Position numbers and translations under genes: made by a program
Shown: piece after piece, positions 24,727-37,938 of the stretch
Position numbering within the stretch: position 1 is the stretch's first letter
How the letters are laid out: each line of letters opens with the position of its first letter
Assembly: GCF_902713615.1 (NCBI RefSeq)
Contig: NC_052154.1
Span: 91,767,030 to 91,831,029 of the forward strand
Length of the DNA: 64,000 nucleotides
From: Scyliorhinus canicula
Lineage: Eukaryota
Direction of reading: 5' to 3'
Notes under the pieces: generated by a model
What the model saw: the letters and a program-made list of their open reading frames with translations, nothing else
Told to the model about the DNA's origin: nothing
Database searches by the model: none

Positions 24727-24789
24727 GGTCCGGAAAAATGCAATTTATGAAAGAATCATTAAAAGGGACCGTAAAATCTCGTATCGCGA

Positions 24790-25960
24790 TGTACAAAAGG
24801 ACACATTTGCAAAGGCCAAGCTGGATCCATTATAAGCAAAGGCCGGAGATTTTACAATGAGAAATAAGAAAATGGCAAACAAATATACTCATACTTCGTT
24901 TCTTCCTTCACAAAGAAAGGTACAAACACTCTCCAGGAGACACAAGACAAAAGGACTAACGATATTGAGGACTTAGCAGGAAAAGTACTGGAACTTGAAA
25001 ATTCCCTGCAATTATTGTTCTTTTTCCCAGAATACTGGGAAACTTGGCTGCAGAGATAATGAATGTGTTGCTGATCATAATTTACATTTGTAACGATTCT
25101 CTGACGTTTCCGGTACATTCGAAGTGTACAAGTATAGCTGCACTGAAATAAACACGAGGGAAGAGAAACGGTGAACGACAGGCCTTTTACCCATTAGACC
25201 GGCAGACCATAACATATAATCTATTGTGATGAATGTGGGAACTGGGCATTTAGAAAACAACTGTATCATTGAGCTGTGTGAACATGGACTTTTGGAAGGA
25301 AATTCACGGTTAGCAACATGGTAGGAAGACAGTTTTGAGGAAGCTACTGGCAAAATTAATGCGATGGGATCAGGGGACGTGTTCTATTCGATTTTGAGGA
25401 GGTTTTCCATATGGTCGCACAAGAGACGTTAGTGAGAAAAAAATGATTATATGGGATCAGGAACAATATACTGCATCGATTGTGAATTCACTGAGAGGCG
25501 AAAACATGGAATTGGAACAAACGGGTTATTCTCAGGTTGGCGACCCTGACCAATATCATCTGACTGCAGAAATCTCATCTTGGGCCCAAACTATTCAAAG
25601 TCTATGTAAATGATGTGGTTATAACAATGTAAACTGCTCAAGTTTGCTGAAGATGCAACATTAAATGGGAAAGTTTGTTGTCAGAACGATGCAAAGACCT
25701 GGCAAGGGGAGGCAGGCTGAATAAGTGTCAATAAAATGGCATGCGGAATAGAGTGTGAATAATGTGAAGTTATCTACCTTGACAGGAAAAATATATCAGC
25801 CGTTGATTAAAAAAAATAGTTTGGGAAGTGATGATCGCACGTGTGGTGCGTGTGGTATTCATAGATCCGCGAAAGTAAACCTGCAGGGTCAGAAACCTTT
25901 AAGGAAGGTAAGTCGTGTATCTGACATTATTGCACGATAATTTGAGTACGCAAATAAAAA
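24790..25960 (+). mobile_element. Old, highly degraded CR1 RT
   Basis: Remnants of YFxSxFT, PRILxxLA, SGxPxxxxLGP and KFAxD. Confidence 0.55.
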
Positions 25961-26084
25961 TAAAGCCTTCATGCAGTCGTAAGAACAGGCGCAGAGGCCC
26001 ACATACGAATTAGGAACTGGAGTCGGTCATTCGGCCAACCTGTCCACCTTTTGCCACTTAGTAAGGTCATGGTGCCGTAATCAC

Positions 26085-26200
26085 CACGTGCTTTCCCATC
26101 CCTGATGTGGAGATGCCGGCGTTGGACCGGGTGAGCACAGTAAGAAGTCTTACAACACCAGGTTAAAGTCCAACAGGTTTGATTCAAACACGAGCTTTTC
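26085..26200 (-). mobile_element. Penelope-like element terminal fragment
   Basis: gatgtggagatgccggcgttggac...aagaagtcttacaacaccaggttaaagtccaacagg, same as 47393-47480 and the reverse complement of 37860-37938. Confidence 0.6.
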
Positions 26201-26643
26201 CCATCCCCGTATCAATCGGTTCTTCTGTCAACAAAGATTCTATCTAATTCAAAAATAGTCAACAACCATTTTCCTCCGCTCTCTGGGGAAGAATGTTCCA
26301 GATATTTAGCACACTATGAGAGAAAAACAAATCCTTTCTTCATCTTAAATGGGGTCCCCTCATTTCATATTCTCACTGCTACGTTTATCCTCTTCACGTG
26401 ACCCTTCGACGAGCCATGCTAGACTCAGAATATTAACTCTGTTTCTCTGTCCAGCGATGCTTCCAGACCTGCGGAGTTCATATAGAATTTGCGGTGGTGA
26501 TTTGAAAGAACACAAGTGTTTTCAGAAGAGGTCAATATTGAACAGCCAGACTCGTGCACTTGGGGGTTTACAATTCGTTACCGAAGGGAATCAAAAATTA
26601 AGAACTATTTTCATGGTTGGGTGATCAGCCTGAAGTAAATATA

Positions 26644-27912
26644 TCGTGCCTGACGAACCTGTTAGAATTCTTTGAGGAGGTGACAAGTAGGTTAGACCAG
26701 GGAAACCCAGTGGATGTGGTCTATCTGGATTTCCAAAAGGCCTTTGATAAGGTGCCACACAGGAGGCTGCTGAGTAAGGTGAGGGCCCATGGTGTTCGAG
26801 GTGAGCTACTGGCATGGGATTGAGGATTGGCTGTCTGACAGAAGGCAGAGAGTTGGGATAAAAGGTTCTTTTTCGGAATGGCAGCCGGTGACCAGCGGTG
26901 TCCCACAGGATTCAGTGTTGGGGCCGCAGCTGTTCACCATATATATTAATGATCTGGATGAAGATACTGGGGGCATTCTAGCGAAGTTTGCCGATGATAC
27001 GAAGTTAGGTGGTCAGGCAGGTAGTGCTGAGGAAGTGGGGAGGCTGCAGAAGGATCTAGACAGTTTGGGAGAGTGGTGCAGGAAATGGCTGATGCAATTC
27101 AACGTGAGAAAATGTGAGGTCTTGCACTTTGGAAAAAAGAATCCAAGCATAGACTACTTTCTAAACGGTGAGAAAATTCATAATGCCAAAGTACAAAGGG
27201 ATCTGGGAGTGCTAGTCGAGGATTCCCTAAAGGTAAACATGCAGGTTGAATCTGTGATTAAGAAAGCGAATGCAATGTTGTCATTTATCTCAAGAGGGTT
27301 GGAATATAAAAGCAGCGATGTGCTACTGAGCCTTTATAAGGCTCTGGTTAGGCTCTGGAGTACTGTGTCCAGTTTTGGGCCCCACATCTCAGGAAGGACA
27401 TACTGGCACTGGAGCGTGTCCAGCGGAGATTCACACGGATGATCCCTGGAATGGCGGGTCTAACATATGATGAACGGCTGAGGATCCTGGGATTGTATTC
27501 ATTGGAGTTTAGAAGGTTAAGGGGAGATCTAATAGAAACTTACAAGATAATACATGGCTTAGAAAGGGTGGACGCAAAGAAACTGTTTCCATTAGGCGAG
27601 GAGACGAGGACCCGTGGGCACAGCCTTAGAATTAGAGGGGGTAAATTCAGAACAGAAATGCGGAGACATTTCTTCAGCCAGAGAGTGGTGGGCCTGTGGA
27701 ATTCATTGCCACGGAGTGCAGTGGAGGCCGGGACGCTAAATGGCTTCAAGGCAGAGATAGATAAATTCTTGATTTCGCGAGGAATTAAGGGCTACGAGGA
27801 GAATGCTGGTAGGTGGAGTTGAAATGCCCATCAGCCATGATTGAATGGCGCAGTGGACTTGATGGGCCGAATGGCCTTACTTCCACTCCTATGTCTTATG
27901 GTCTTATGGTCT
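26644..27912 (+). mobile_element. Young 5'-truncated CR1 LINE
   Basis: ORFs 26617..27822 with SGVPQ and AKFADDTK; near-identical to 49968-51232; (TTATGGTC)n tail. Confidence 0.93.
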
Positions 27913-28629
27913 TATCAGTGTTTTCTCTTCAGCTACGTGTACTTTCTCTTCGTGACTTTGAAGACGGCACCAAATGTGATATAACCAATTTTGCTCATTA
28001 TGCATAGTGTTGCGAACATAATTTACGAAGAGGTGAAACGTAGGCAGCAAAAGGTACAGTCCGATTCAGTGGACAGATAGTTAGAACATGTCATCCAACC
28101 GAACGAAGTGTGAGGTTGTGTACTTAAACAAAACATGAAAGAGAAGTTTTATTTAAGCAGAGGAAGACTGGAAAATCTCCGGTGTTCATTGGGGTTTCTA
28201 CTTTATTTGTGCACATAGCAGCTGACGTTACCATGATGGTACTGTAAGCAATCGATATAGTTGCCCGAGATTCTTTTTTTCTCAAATTAATTTGAACACA
28301 AGTGTGAATAATTATTCATGTGAGTTGACAGCGCTCTCGTGAGACCCCGTTTTTGGATCCTTCACTTAAGAAAGCACATGCGTGCTTCGGAGGGAGGGCC
28401 ACGACTGTTCACTTGACTGTCTCCTTGGGAGCAGTAGTTTGTCCTTTCAGGAAACTTTAAGGCAAAAGAGTATTCTTTACGCAACTTTTACCGAATGCGC
28501 GATGACTGCAGTGAAGCATTTAAAAGGATGAAGGGACTTTTTTGACGATTACAGATACTGGTAGGATCTTTCTCTGGCTACTTAATCCATAGCTGGAGGT
28601 TACGGAATTAATGAGCCTTGAAGGCGACG

Positions 28630-28985
28630 GCGGACTGTTACATTCACTTGGCTAGTAATGCAGAGACCCGGGTTTTCATTTTGGGATCCGGGTTCGAATA
28701 CCACAAAAGCAGATGGTGGAATTTGAGTTCAATAAACAAACTGGAATTGGAACCATTGTGAAATGGTGTAAACAGCCATCTGTTTCACTACTGTCCTTCA
28801 CGTAAGGAAACCTGTCCTTCTTACCTGATCTGGCAGTCATGTGACTCCAGACCCATAGCAAAGAGGTTGACTTTTGAATATGCGTTCAGAAATGCCGAAT
28901 AAGTCACTGCGCACAAGGAACCGGAGGGAGGGGCAATAAATGGTGGCCCACCAGTGACGCCTACATTCTATCAATTAATTGAAAG
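28630..28985 (+). mobile_element. SacSINE1-like Deu-domain SINE
   Basis: tRNA-like head (gggttcgaataccac), Deu core ccttcttacctgatctggcagtcatgtgactccagacccatagcaaagaggttgac, tail gggcaataaatggtggcc..cagtgacgcc; a further fragment at ~23270-23440. Confidence 0.7.
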
Positions 28986-30289
28986 AAATCACGACTGAGA
29001 TTAAGAAAAATATCTTCACTCAACGTTTCGTAGAGCTTGCAATGAACTATCGAGAAGAAATTGCTGAGAATATTGAAACTATCTATGTCGAGAATTTTGA
29101 ACGCTAAAGCAACCAATCGATATTTCAATAACAGTGGAAGGTGGAGCTGACGTAGAAGATCACTAATGATCGCCATGTGTTCCTCTTCCTATTGCTTATG
29201 CGTATTAAGCTGACAGCTGATCAGATACATTTTGTTTCGATATAGGAATTGATTAATAGGGTGGACATTGAGGAGGTTATCCAACTTGTGGGTAAGATAA
29301 CACGAGGGCTCATAGATAACATATGTTCATTGAAAGTAGTACAGTATATGCTTCAGGAGAAATACACACCCATAGTTATTAACCATCATGAACAGTGGGG
29401 AACAATACTGGGAAATCAAATGTGACCAAAGGCTCGTGTGTCTGCGTGACCTATGGCCTGCAACTTAGTGCTTCAAAAAAAGGTTTAGATAATGTGTCTG
29501 CCTTATTCATAATCCCCATAAATTAATTGGATTCTGCAGAAGACCGACTAGATCGGAAGATCTTAAATACAAGATTCCGTATTTTTCAGGTCAAAGACTG
29601 AAATGAACAACCGGAAATTATCGGCACGTTAGGCTAGCATCTATTTAATAAAAACCCCGTGAATCCATTCTGAAGGAGGGAATGGCTGCACATAGATACA
29701 ATTATAATATTATTAGCAAGTCAACGTTGGTTGCAAAGAAAATTGTTTTTGGCAAATGTATTATTGCTCCCTGATGAAATAACAATTCGGGCGGGGCATG
29801 GAGAACGTGGTAGATGTGATATATTTGGATTTCCAAAAGGCATTCAATAAGGTGCCAGGATGTGTTAGAAGGCATTATAAGATCCCTTGGTGTGCACATT
29901 TATTTAGGTAGAGCACTGGTTAGCTAACAGAGGGAATTACTGACAGAGCGTCTTGCTAAATGGATAGTTTTCAGGTTCGAAAACTAACTATTGGAGTGCC
30001 AGCTGAAGCATCAACTGTTTATAGTCCATATATAAGACCTGGATGAATAGATCGACTGTAGTACAGCTTAGTCTGCTGGTGACAGGATGGCAGGTTGGAA
30101 AACAAGTTGTGAAGATGGGACAAACTTATCAAAGCGATATCCGGAGGTAAATTGAATTGGCAGTCATTTGGCAGAACGATTATATTATTTGAAAATGTGA
30201 GGTGGCACGGTAGCATAGTGGTTAGCACTGTTGCTTCACAGCTCCATAGTCCCAGGTTCAATTTCCGGCCAGGGTCACTTTCTGTGGTG

Positions 30290-32050
30290 AGACCATTGAA
30301 GACCATGTTGAGTGGTTGCTGTTGCTGCTAGCGTTCGCTTGAAGTTGCCGAACAGTGGAAAGCTAGTCTGCTGACACACAGTTTGATCGGAAGCCTCATT
30401 TTCTTTCCAGAAGGAGTCCTGTGAAGACAGGGAAAATGCGGTAGTGCAGATTCGAGCAATTATCTTCCCGGGGGTGGAGAACAGGAAGATTCCTTGGTTA
30501 TTCTTAAAGTCCACTTTGTCCGCTTTCGTGATGATGATGGCGACAACGGGATTCCTGAAGTAAGTAGGAATGTTTCTCTCTCCCAGAGTATAGGAGCAGC
30601 TGTTGGAAATTACTGACAATCTCTTCTCCAAATTTGACAATCTTCACTGGAATATCGTCCACGACTGCAGCTTTTCCATCTTCACGCCTTTAATGGCAGT
30701 TTCGGCTTCAAACATGCTTCCTAGGACACTAAGATTATCTTGCATGGATGTTGGGGGGTTTCCTCAAACACGTTCTCATCTGTGATTGTAACACGGTTTC
30801 GAAGGTCTTTGAAGTAGCTTCATCATCAACGGACGCTGTTTTATCTGTCTCTCAAGAGAGTAGCATTGCATATTTTCATAGGTTTGAGGCCTATGGTGTT
30901 GGGTCCGTAGTTTGCGTTGATGACACTGAAGATTAACTAGTGCTTGGTGGCCACGTGTTGAGACTTGCTCGCTTTCTCAGCCGACTATTTGTTCTTGATT
31001 TCCCGAGTTTTTCTTTGTACCTCCGACTTGTCTGGTAGGTGAGTTCCGCTCTTTGCTTTGCTTGTTACGTAATTTGCCAGGAGTGGAGATCTTTTCTCTT
31101 CTTGTTAATAGGATATTGGATGATTTGGTCATTCTGGTCGAACCACTCTTGGTGTGTCCTGCTGTTTTAGCCGCTGGTTTCTTCAACGCTTGAGATTACG
31201 CTTGTATTCAAGTCTTCCGAGTTTTCCTCCACTCCACTAGGATGGACTCGTTCGAGATTTTGGAGAATACATGGTTGGGATTTCACTCGCATTCTTAGCG
31301 CTTGATGTCGTTCAATGTCGATATATTTTTCTGAGCTGTTTCTTTTTCTTCCACTGCTTCTGGTGGAGTTAAATGGACGTAGAGGAAGGGTTCGCTTTGC
31401 TGGTGACAGCGTCCTTTTGATCGCGCGAAATTAGACGATGACGAATTCGATTATGTGCCCGTGCTTTAGGTCGTGAATGTTTTCAGGTAGTCTTGAATTG
31501 GTCTTGTTGGCGTAACAGTGTGGTTCTAATGACAAGCTGGTGTCGCGCCCATTTTCTGAGCAATTGGAGTTGCAATCTCCAATTCCATCCTTTCCAATGG
31601 CTCCAAAACAGGAAGTCCTCTCCAAGCCTGAGTTTGAAAACTCCAAGGAGGATGACATTATCTTCCTTCAGAAGATTGGAGAGAGCAGTGTCCAGGGGGA
31701 ATAGAAGCCTTTGTTGGACGTAGCATTGGCATCAAGCATTGTGGCACAGGTACTCACGACTGTTGCCTTTTGGTTCTTGACAAATTGTAGACAAAGGGTC
31801 TTGAGGAGTTCGTTGATGCCGACAGAGAGGTCCGAGAGTAGATTGACGAGTTTGGGTTTGATGCTGAATCAATTCCCTTCGTCTTGGGCTTAGCGTCGAG
31901 TTTTCCTATCCATCGGAAGGTGTAACCACAACCGTCTTCTCTGAGCTGCACTTCGCATGCTCCTCGGGTCGCTTGCAGGGCAGCATCATCACGGTTGAAG
32001 TGCCTGTGCTCACGGGTAACAAGGAAACTCCACAGTTCCGGTCGATTCTT
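30290..32050 (-). mobile_element. Degraded RTE (BovB-like) LINE, EN to start of RT
   Basis: IPTYFRNPVVAIIITKADKVDFKNNQGIFLFSTPGKIIARI (30275..30640) matches RTE KKGDxxxCxNYRGISLLSxxGKILAR; KHGHIIEFVIV resembles the RTE EN motif KHWHLIDY. Confidence 0.7.
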
Positions 32051-33283
32051 TCATTCCTTTTACATCAGGGTTCCTAATATTCCTGTTAGATAAAAAGCCA
32101 AGTGCTGCAAACGCTGTTTAAGGGCCGTTCGTGAGGTATCAATTGGAGTAATGTGCGGAGTTTGATCTTACTCAAGGCCAGGAAGAATTGCATTGCAACC
32201 AGTTACGGGAAGGAACAATCAGCTGATTTCTTGGGTGAATATTTGTATTATGTAGAAAGATTTTGCCGTTTGAATTTGTTTTCTAGTTGTGGTTTAGAAG
32301 AAAAAGGGCTGAACATTCTAAAACATAAACGATCACTTGCGAACATAACAGGGTTCATGTAGGGACAATTTTACCTCTCCGGAGGACTATAGATGCAGAT
32401 TATGGAAATAAAAGCTCGACAATATTATAATGAGATGAGGAGAATTTTTTTCTCGAATCGGTTGGGGGGGGGGGGGGGGGGGGCGATGGATCGTCTTTGC
32501 GGTTATATTCCCGTGGGAGGAGGAGAGGTTGGGTCACTTCATAATTCGAGGCTGAATGCAACACGTTTTAGTTACATGGGTGTCATGGGTTGTAGATACG
32601 GGAAGTATCGTTATGTTCACATAATGCAAGATATCTGATCTTATATTATGTTACAAATGTTTGTAGGTCTGAACCGCCAACCACTGTTCACAATTCTCAT
32701 GATCCGTTAAGCTTATGCTAACCCAGGGAATGATTTTTTTTCCACTTACTCTGACATTATAATTTGACATCTATTACCCAGAATAACATTTTTATGACGA
32801 TCATAGGAGCATTAAATGAGGATGTAGACAGAAGCATGCAGTAGAATGTAATAGATGGATAGCTTTAAGTTATTCTTTCAAGAATTATGAGGAAATCCTT
32901 GTGCATCATAGATGGTTCATGGCGATAAGCCTTTTTTGTGTGCTGCTCCATAAAACTGCTACATGTTGCTATTTGCAGATGTGGCACAACTAATTCGCCT
33001 CATCTTCTTCTAACTGATTAGACAAAGCTGTTCCAAATTTATTTACTCCTACTTGAAACCTTTGATGAATACTACATTGATTATTCTAACTACTGGATTT
33101 TTAGATTTCAATAATTGTTGAATGTCCAAATCCCGGAATGCCCTTCTGCTATTGAACTTTCTGTTGCATATTTCCAATCCAATACATGGCAATACAATAA
33201 ATCAACAAGAAATAGATAGTTGCAGCTTTCAGACAACATGATGTCAGGACCCGCGTAAAACAGTCACAGAACATTGATACTGA

Positions 33284-33430
33284 TTATATTATATTGGGTT
33301 CGCCGATTGCATTGTGTATCTTGATTTCTGCATACTCCACCCCAATTTTCTGTTCCCTTTTCGTCCTTTTCTGGGAATCTGTGAAATCTACGGCCGCATA
33401 TGTCAATTTAACATCGGGACATTTTCTGGT
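33284..33430 (-). CDS. Terminal cytoplasmic exon of receptor gene 2 (two ITIMs)
   Basis: Acceptor cggtattgtttccacag|, phase 0; TRKCPDVKLTYAAVDFTDSQKRTKREQKIGVEYAEIKIHNAIGEPNII*; LTYAAV and VEYAEI fit (S/I/V/L)xYxx(I/V/L). Confidence 0.85.
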   Translation of the reverse strand, partial: TRKCPDVKLTYAAVDFTDSQKRTKREQKIGVEYAEIKIHNAIGEPNII

Positions 33431-33570
33431 CTGTGGAAACAATACCGAACGATCAATGGCGTATTTTTCTATAGCAAATTGCTCCAGACTTTGAATGTAC
33501 ATTACTGAGTTCAGAAACATGTGCCTGAGAGTTAATGTTCGGAACAGACTGCTCTATTTTTCGGACCTAC

Positions 33571-33669
33571 CTGTACATGGGCCGGCTCTATCGCACGTCT
33601 GGGCATCACAGATTTTCCCACCTCGCTGTAGTTGAGAGCAACATAAGACATCTGTTCACCGCGCACGAT
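33571..33669 (-). CDS. Cytoplasmic exon of receptor gene 2 (ITIM plus ITIM-like motif)
   Basis: Acceptor catttttccacatctttccttgag| and donor CAG|GTAGGT; 99 nt, phase 0/0; IVRGEQMSYVALNYSEVGKSVMPRRAIEPAHVQ. Confidence 0.8.
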
Positions 33670-33851
33670 CTCAAGGAAAGATGTGGAAAAATGGCAGGTA
33701 CATATTAAATCACAAAGCCAGGATGCAGATCACAAAAAGTAACAGCGATTCCAAGAATCGAAGCTGTATAATTAGTGCAGGCCGTAGCTGTTGTTAGCAT
33801 TACCTTTGTTAGTGTCGTCATGCAAGGAGATCAGATACAATATAACAGAGC

Positions 33852-36800
33852 TGTTATCTCTGGGTTGTTACCCGTGCCACGTGCTAGCGAAGTGAGAAAT
33901 AAGGAGAGAGAGGAGTTGAACTCGTGGCGACAGGGATGGTGCAGGAGGGAGGGTTTTGGTTTCCTGGATAATTGGGGCTCATTCTGGGGTAGGTGGGACC
34001 TCTACAAACAGGATGGTCTTCACCTGAACCAGAGGGGTACCAATATCCTGGGGGGGGGGGGGGTAGATTTGCGAGTGCTCTTCGGGGGGGGGGGGGGGGG
34101 GGTTTAAACTAATTCAGCAGGGGGATGGGAACCTAAATTGTAGTCCCAGTGTACAGGATATTGAGAGTAGTGAGGTCAGGGATAGGGTTAAAAGTTCGAA
34201 AGAGGGCACCGGCAAACAAGACGCTGGTTTGAAGTGTGTCTACTTCAACGCCAGGAGCATCTGGAATAAGGTGGGTGAGCTTGCAGCATGGGTTGGTACC
34301 TGGGATCTCGATGTTGTGGCGTTTTCGGAGACATGGGTAGAGCAAGGGACAGGAATGGTTGTTGCAGGTTCCAGGATTTAGGTGTTTCTGTAAGAACAGA
34401 GAAGATGGTAAAAGAGGTGGGGGGGGGTGGCATTGTTAATCAAGGAAAGTATTACGGCCGTAGAAAGGATGTTGAGGACTCGTCTACTGAGGTAGTATGG
34501 GCCGAGGTTAGGAACAGGAGAGGCGAGGTCACCCTGTTGGGAGTTGTCTATAGACTTCCGAATAGTTCCAGAGATGTAGAGGAAAGGATTGCAAAGATGA
34601 TTCTCGACAGGAGCGAGAGTAATAGGGTAGTTGTTATCGGGAACTTTAACTTTCCAAATATTGACTGGAAATACTATAGTTCGAGTACTATAGATGGGTC
34701 AGTTTTTGTGCAGTGTGTGCAGGAGGGTTTTCTGACACAGTATGTAGACAGGCCAACAAGGGGCGAGGCCACATTGGATTTGGTACTGGGTAATGAACCA
34801 GGGCAGGTGTTAGATTTAGATGTAGGTGAGCACTTTGGTGATAGTGATCACAATTCGGTTATGTTTACTTTAGCAATGGGCAGGGATAGGTATATACCGC
34901 AAGGCAAGAATTATAGCTGGGGGAAAGGCAATTATGATGCTATTCGTCAAGATTTCGAATGTATAGGATGGGGAAGGAAACTGCAGGGGATGGGTACAAT
35001 CGAAATGTGGAGCTTTTTCAAGGAGCAGCTACTGCGTGTCCTTGATAAGTATGCACCTGTCAGGCAGGGAGGAAGTTGTCGAGCAAGGGAACCGTGGTTT
35101 ACTAAGGAAGTTGAAGCACTTGTCAAGAGCAAGAAGAAGGGTTATGTTAGGATGAGACATGAAGGCTCAGTTGGGGCACTTGATAGTTACAAGTTAGCCA
35201 GGAAGAACCTAAAGGGAGAGTTAAGAAGAGCGAGGTGAGGACACGAAAAGTCATTGGCGGATAGGATCAAGGAAAACCCTAAGGCTTTCTATAGGTATAT
35301 CAGGAACAAAAGAATGACTAGAGTAAGATTAGGGCCAATCAAGGATAGTAGTGGAAAGTTGTGTGTGGAATCAGAGGAGATAGGGGAAGTGTTAAATGGA
35401 TATTTTTCGTCAGTGTTTACACTGGAGAAAGACAATGTTGTCGAGGACAATACTCAGGTTCAGTCGACCAGGCTAGATGGAATTGAGGTTCACAAGGAGG
35501 AGGTGTTAGCAATTTTGGAAAGTGTAAAAATAGATAAGTCCCCTGGGCCAGATGGTATTTACCCTAGGATTCTCTGGGAAGCCAGGGAGGAGATTGCAGA
35601 GCCTTTGTCCTTGATCTTTATGTCGTCTTTGGCGACAGGAATAGTGCCGGAAGACTGGAGGATAGCAAATGTTGTCCCCTTGTTCAAGAAGGGGAGTAGA
35701 GACAACCCTGGTAATTATAGACCTGTGAGCCTTACTTCGGTTGTGGGTAAAATGTTGGAAAAGGTTATAAGGGATAGGGTTTATAATCATCTTGAAAAGA
35801 ACAAGTTGATTAGAGATACTCAACACGGTTTTGTGAAGGGTAGGTCATGCCTCACAAACCTTATTGAGTTGTTTGAGAAGGTGACCAAACAGGTGGATGA
35901 GGGTAAAGCGGTTGATGTGGTGTATATGGATTTCAGTAGGGCATTTGATAAGGTGCCCCACGGTAGGCTATTGCAGAAAATACGGAAGTATGGGATTGAA
36001 GGTGATTTAGCGGTTTGGATCAGTAATTGGCTAGCTGAAAGAAGACAGAGGGTGGTGGTTGATGGCAAATGTTCATCCTGGAGTTCAGTTACTAGTGGTG
36101 TACCGCAAGGATCTGTTTTGGGGCTACTGCTGTTTGTCATTTTTATAAATGACCTGGAAGAGGGTGTAGAAGGATGGGTTAGTAAGTTTGCAGATGACAT
36201 GAAGGTCAGTGGAGTTGTGGATAGTGCTGAAGGATGTTATAGGATACAGAGGGACATAGATAAGCTGCAGAGCTGGGCTGAGAGGTGGCAGATGGAGTTT
36301 AATGCGGAAAAGTGTGAGGTGGTTCACTTTGGAAGGAGTAACAGGAATGCAGAGTACTGGGCTAATGGCAGGATTCTTGGTAGTGTAGATGAGCAGAGAG
36401 ATCTCGGCATCCAGGTACATAAATCCCTGAAAGTTGCCACCCAGGTTCATAGGGCTGTTAAGAAGGCATATGGTGTGCTAGCCTTTATCAGTAGGGGGAT
36501 TGAGTTTCGGAGCCACGAGATCATGCTGCAGCTGTACATAACTCTGGTGCGGCCACTCCTGGAGTACTGCGTGCAGTTCTGGTCGCCACATTATAGGAAG
36601 GATGTGGAAGCTTTGGAAAGGGTTCAGAGGAGATTTACTAGGATGTTGCCTGGTATGGAGGGAAGGTCTTATGAGGAAAGGCTCAGGGACTTGAGGTTGT
36701 TTTCGTTAGAGAGGAGCAGGCTGAGAGGTGACTTAATAGAGACATATAAGATAGTCAGAGGGTTAGATAGGGTGGACAGTGAGAGTCTCTTTCCTCGGAT

Positions 36801-37092
36801 GGTGATGACCAACGCGAGGGGACGGAGCTTTAAATTGAGGGGTGGTAGATATAGGACGGATGTCAGAGGCAATTTCTTTACTCAGAGAGTAGTAGGGGTG
36901 TGGAACGCCCTGCCTGCAACAATAGTAGACTCGCCAACTTTAAGGGCATTTAAGTGGTCACTGGATAGACATATGGATGAAAATGGAATAGTGTAGGTCA
37001 GATAGGCTTCAGATGGTTTCATGGGTCGACACAACATCGAGGGCCGATGGGCCCGTACTGCGCTGTACTGTTCTATGTTCTCTATGTTCTAA
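33852..37092 (+). mobile_element. Long CR1 LINE: ORF1 esterase (SGNH) 3' end plus near-complete ORF2 (APE-RT), intronic and antisense to gene 2
   Basis: VISGLLPVPRAS...DGLHLNQRG (33775..34107); ORF2 34288..35238 and 35254..36996 in the same frame, separated by one TGA; frameshifts near the EN N-terminus; (TGTTCTA)n tail. Confidence 0.95.
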
Positions 37093-37469
37093 TTCATTCC
37101 CAGCGGGAGTATTGCATGATGATATTAATTTATAAGATGGGTTCTATGACGTTATGATTGCACAGCAGACCAAAACATAATCTCTGGTGCTCCTGATCAA
37201 TTAACGCATTTCCAAACTTTGACTTTGTCAACTTCATTTAAACAAAATAGCCTTAGTGATCTTGGATGACTTTCATACGAGGATTCAAAAACTAGACTGC
37301 CCACAGAAGACCCGTATACAAGTTGGTGCTTGAGAATGTCGGTGGCCACATACTCGAGAGCAAGAGCAGGACTTTCCACGCATTTAAATAGCTTCCCAAC
37401 TGATAATGTCAGGCCGCAAACTTCAACATCGGTTGTTGCGAGGCCCCAAGGTCCCATTTGAGGCGTGCG

Positions 37470-37938
37470 GAACTTGGCTCCAAGTTTCTGCTCGGTGATT
37501 CTGCGTTGTCGAGTGTCCTGAAGGCCGCCTTGGAGAACGCTGACCCTAAGATCAGAGGCTGAATGCCCGTGACTGCTGAAGTGTTTCCTGACTGGGAGGG
37601 TCCCCACCAACTGGCCTGAGCTTGCGTAATCCTACTAATTGTCTTTGCTTGAGACAATTTACACCTCTTTAATCTGTGATTAACCCGTTCTTCAGTTGCT
37701 CCTTTTGGACCTGTCAAAACTTAATTACCTGAAAAGACTCACATTCAAAGTATCGTCTTGCATCTTTGACTTTGTCTATATAGATATCTGTTTCTGGAAC
37801 CTACCTCTTCATTCACCTGAGGAAGGAGCAGTGCTTTGACAGCTAGTCATTCGAAACATACCTGTTGGACTTTAATCTGATGCTGTAAGACTTCTTACTG
37901 TGCTTATCCCAGTCCAAAGCAAGCATCTCCACATCATA
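37470..37938. mobile_element. Penelope-like element fragment with internal inversion (GIY-YIG C-terminus on -, terminal repeat on +)
   Basis: PVRKHFSSHGHSASDLRVSVLQGGLQDTRQRRITEQKLGAKFRT (37197..37610, -); + strand end ...gtaagacttcttactgtgc...catctccacatcat. Confidence 0.75.

Noticed and set aside
33780-33860. AAAG|GTAATG donor-like site and an ATAACAG-AG-CTGTTAT micro-palindrome at the CR1 5' junction
   Set aside because: No usable upstream acceptor and an in-frame TGA. The 7-bp inverted repeat is too short to distinguish from chance or a fold-back junction.
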